Assembly (NCBI GenBank): GCA_963816355.1
Contig: CAWFKH010000005.1
Coordinates: 288,001 to 352,000, forward strand
From: an uncultured Gemmatimonadales bacterium
Lineage (GTDB): Bacteria > Gemmatimonadota > Gemmatimonadetes > Longimicrobiales > RSA9
Length of the DNA stretch: 64,000 nucleotides
Direction of reading: 5' to 3'
The notes beneath the pieces are model-generated. The model was not told where the DNA came from and made no database searches. It saw only the letters and a program-made list of their open reading frames with translations. The translations under genes were made by a program, and so were the position numbers. This document shows positions 62,324 to 64,000 of the stretch, in pieces (the first letter of the stretch is position 1; each line of letters begins with the position of its first letter).

Positions 62324-64000
62324 TCAGAATCTCCAGTCGCGGAAGACGAAGAGGCCGAACACGCCGGTGGTGATCGGCGAGCTGAAGCGCACGAGCGACG
62401 GCGCGCTGGGCAGGAAGCGCGGCTCGAAGGATACGCGGCCGCCGTAGCCGCCCTGCGTCTTGTACTCGAGCCGGAGGCCGGGCTGGACGGCGGTGGGACG
62501 CACCTGCGCGGAGAGGAAGAGGTCGCTGGTGAGGTACTTCCCCACGTCGAACTCGGTGCCGCGCAGCACGGTGCCGAAGCCGCCGAGCGAGAGCTCGGGC
62601 GGCAGGTCGGCGGGGGTGATGCTGAAGACGTCGAGGCCGAGTCCGCGGGTGGCGTTGCGCTGCGCCTGTCCGACGAGCGCGCCGAACGCGACCGTCGTGA
62701 GCTGCTGCGTCGCGAGCGCGGCCACGGAGCCGACGAGCTGTCCGCTGCTCGTGCCCTGTCCGGAGAGGGCCGAGCCCTGCTGCTGCAGCAGGGAGGAGGA
62801 GGAGCGGCCGAACGCGAGGTAGCTGATCAGGTCGGACTGCGAGATCGGCGGCTGCGCGTCGCTATCGAGGGAGACGCGGAGCTGGTCGAGCGTGCCGCCC
62901 ACGAGGATGCGGATCTCCAGCGCCTCGCGGCCGGGGAGCTGCACCTGGTGGGCCGCGGTGATCTGCACCTGTGGATCGACCGGCGTGGTGCCGATGAAGC
63001 GGACCGACCCGTTCTTGAGCAGGAATCGACGGCCCATGAAGGTGTAGTCGCCGCGCTCCGTCGCCACCACACCCCTCAGCTGCAGGCCGCGGCCGCTCGG
63101 CGCGTAGTGCACCGCGACGTGGCCGAACTCCTCCGGCGTGTACACCTCGACGTTGGCCGCGCTGGTGCGCACCCACGTGTCGCGCGCGACGGTCATGTCC
63201 ACGGCGACATCCAGGTTGCGCAGGAGCGGTGACGCGTAGCGTGGCAGCAGCACGCGCTCCGCCGCGACCGTCGTGTCCGCGAGCGCGATCAGCGCGGGGT
63301 CGTCGTCCGAAATGAGCCGCTGCTGCGTCTGGTCGAGGTAGAGCGTGCCGCCCTCGATGCGGGCGTCGCCGGTGACGCGCACGGAATCGGGCGGGCCGCG
63401 GATCGCGAGGTCGAGATCGGCGCGCAGGCGGCCGTGCTCGTTGTCCAGGACGACGGCCTCGTCCGTCGTGATCGCGAGGGCGAGGCGCGGATTCGCGAGG
63501 GAGGCGAGCCCGATGCCGCCGGTCACACGAACGAGCCCGCCGCCGCTGCGGCCGACGAGCGAGTCGACCGCGATCGAATCGCCGGCGAACTCGAGGCGTC
63601 CCACGGCGGCGTCCAGGGCGACGCCCAGCGGCTCGATCCGGAAGCCGCCGTGGCCCAGCGTGACCTCGCCGTCGAGCTTCGGCGCCTGGACCGTTCCGCC
63701 GACCTGCACGTCGCCTGCGACGACACCGCGCAGGGCGCTGATGGCGGGGAAGACGTCCGGCAGCCGCTCGAGCGGCAGGCTGTCGGTGACGATCTCGGCG
63801 TCCACGGGCCGGTCGGGCAGCAGCGGGCCGGTGCGGTCCGTGAAGGCGAGGTCGATCGGCATCGTACCGCGGAGGCGGGCGATGCGCTGCTCGCCCGCGA
63901 GGACGGGCGGCGGCGCGGCGCTGTCGGCGAGGTCGAGCGGCGGCCGGCTCCACGCGCCGGCGGTGTCCGCGCGCGCGGCGAGGCGGGCGGCGACGGTGTC
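62324..64000 (-). CDS. tamB: Translocation/assembly module TamB (DUF490), 5'-truncated by window edge
   Basis: Frame open to the window edge; GTVQAPKLDG, GDYTFMGRRF, PPISQSDLISYLAFG, LGLDVFSI, VGKYL, C-terminal WRF. Confidence 0.85.
   Translation of the reverse strand, partial: DTVAARLAARADTAGAWSRPPLDLADSAAPPPVLAGEQRIARLRGTMPIDLAFTDRTGPLLPDRPVDAEIVTDSLPLERLPDVFPAISALRGVVAGDVQVGGTVQAPKLDGEVTLGHGGFRIEPLGVALDAAVGRLEFAGDSIAVDSLVGRSGGGLVRVTGGIGLASLANPRLALAITTDEAVVLDNEHGRLRADLDLAIRGPPDSVRVTGDARIEGGTLYLDQTQQRLISDDDPALIALADTTVAAERVLLPRYASPLLRNLDVAVDMTVARDTWVRTSAANVEVYTPEEFGHVAVHYAPSGRGLQLRGVVATERGDYTFMGRRFLLKNGSVRFIGTTPVDPQVQITAAHQVQLPGREALEIRILVGGTLDQLRVSLDSDAQPPISQSDLISYLAFGRSSSSLLQQQGSALSGQGTSSGQLVGSVAALATQQLTTVAFGALVGQAQRNATRGLGLDVFSITPADLPPELSLGGFGTVLRGTEFDVGKYLTSDLFLSAQVRPTAVQPGLRLEYKTQGGYGGRVSFEPRFLPSAPSLVRFSSPITTGVFGLFVFRDWRF

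Overview
Very GC-rich bacterial chromosome segment. The gene repertoire is suggestive of Gemmatimonadota, but that is an inference. 1-18.8 kb: the second half of a type VI secretion system (tssC-hcp-tagJ-tssA-tssE-tssF-tssG-clpV-vgrG), then a spike/adaptor cassette (small ORF, DUF2169-pentapeptide fusion, pentapeptide protein, DUF3540, PAAR-like DUF4150) and an orphan LysM-like candidate effector with no adjacent immunity gene. 18.8-33 kb: envelope and signalling genes (DUF2207, two Ser/Thr kinases, a CsgG-like protein, an Ig/BACON-repeat lipoprotein with a frameshifted CxxCH cytochrome c domain, a beta-barrel, a CAAX protease, a small coupled operon). 33-64 kb: housekeeping and catabolic genes (tkt-GH15-gnd-zwf, MoaD-like, thrB-thrC, cyanophycinase-like, MFS, rlpA, DinB, S9 peptidases, amidase, msrB, SMP-30, tamB). 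The most unusual non-coding signal is a ~177-bp AT-richer, four-box palindromic element present twice (41121-41297 and 60457-60633; ungapped, 131/180 identical by hand). One copy lies just downstream of an AbiEi-wHTH/DUF559 nuclease gene, and both sit in fields of short tandem repeats, which suggests a REPIN-like element with a non-RAYT nuclease partner. Three genes carry net single-base frameshifts, probably assembly indels. No rRNA, tRNA or CRISPR array was recognised. All family calls come from motif recognition by eye, not from database searches.
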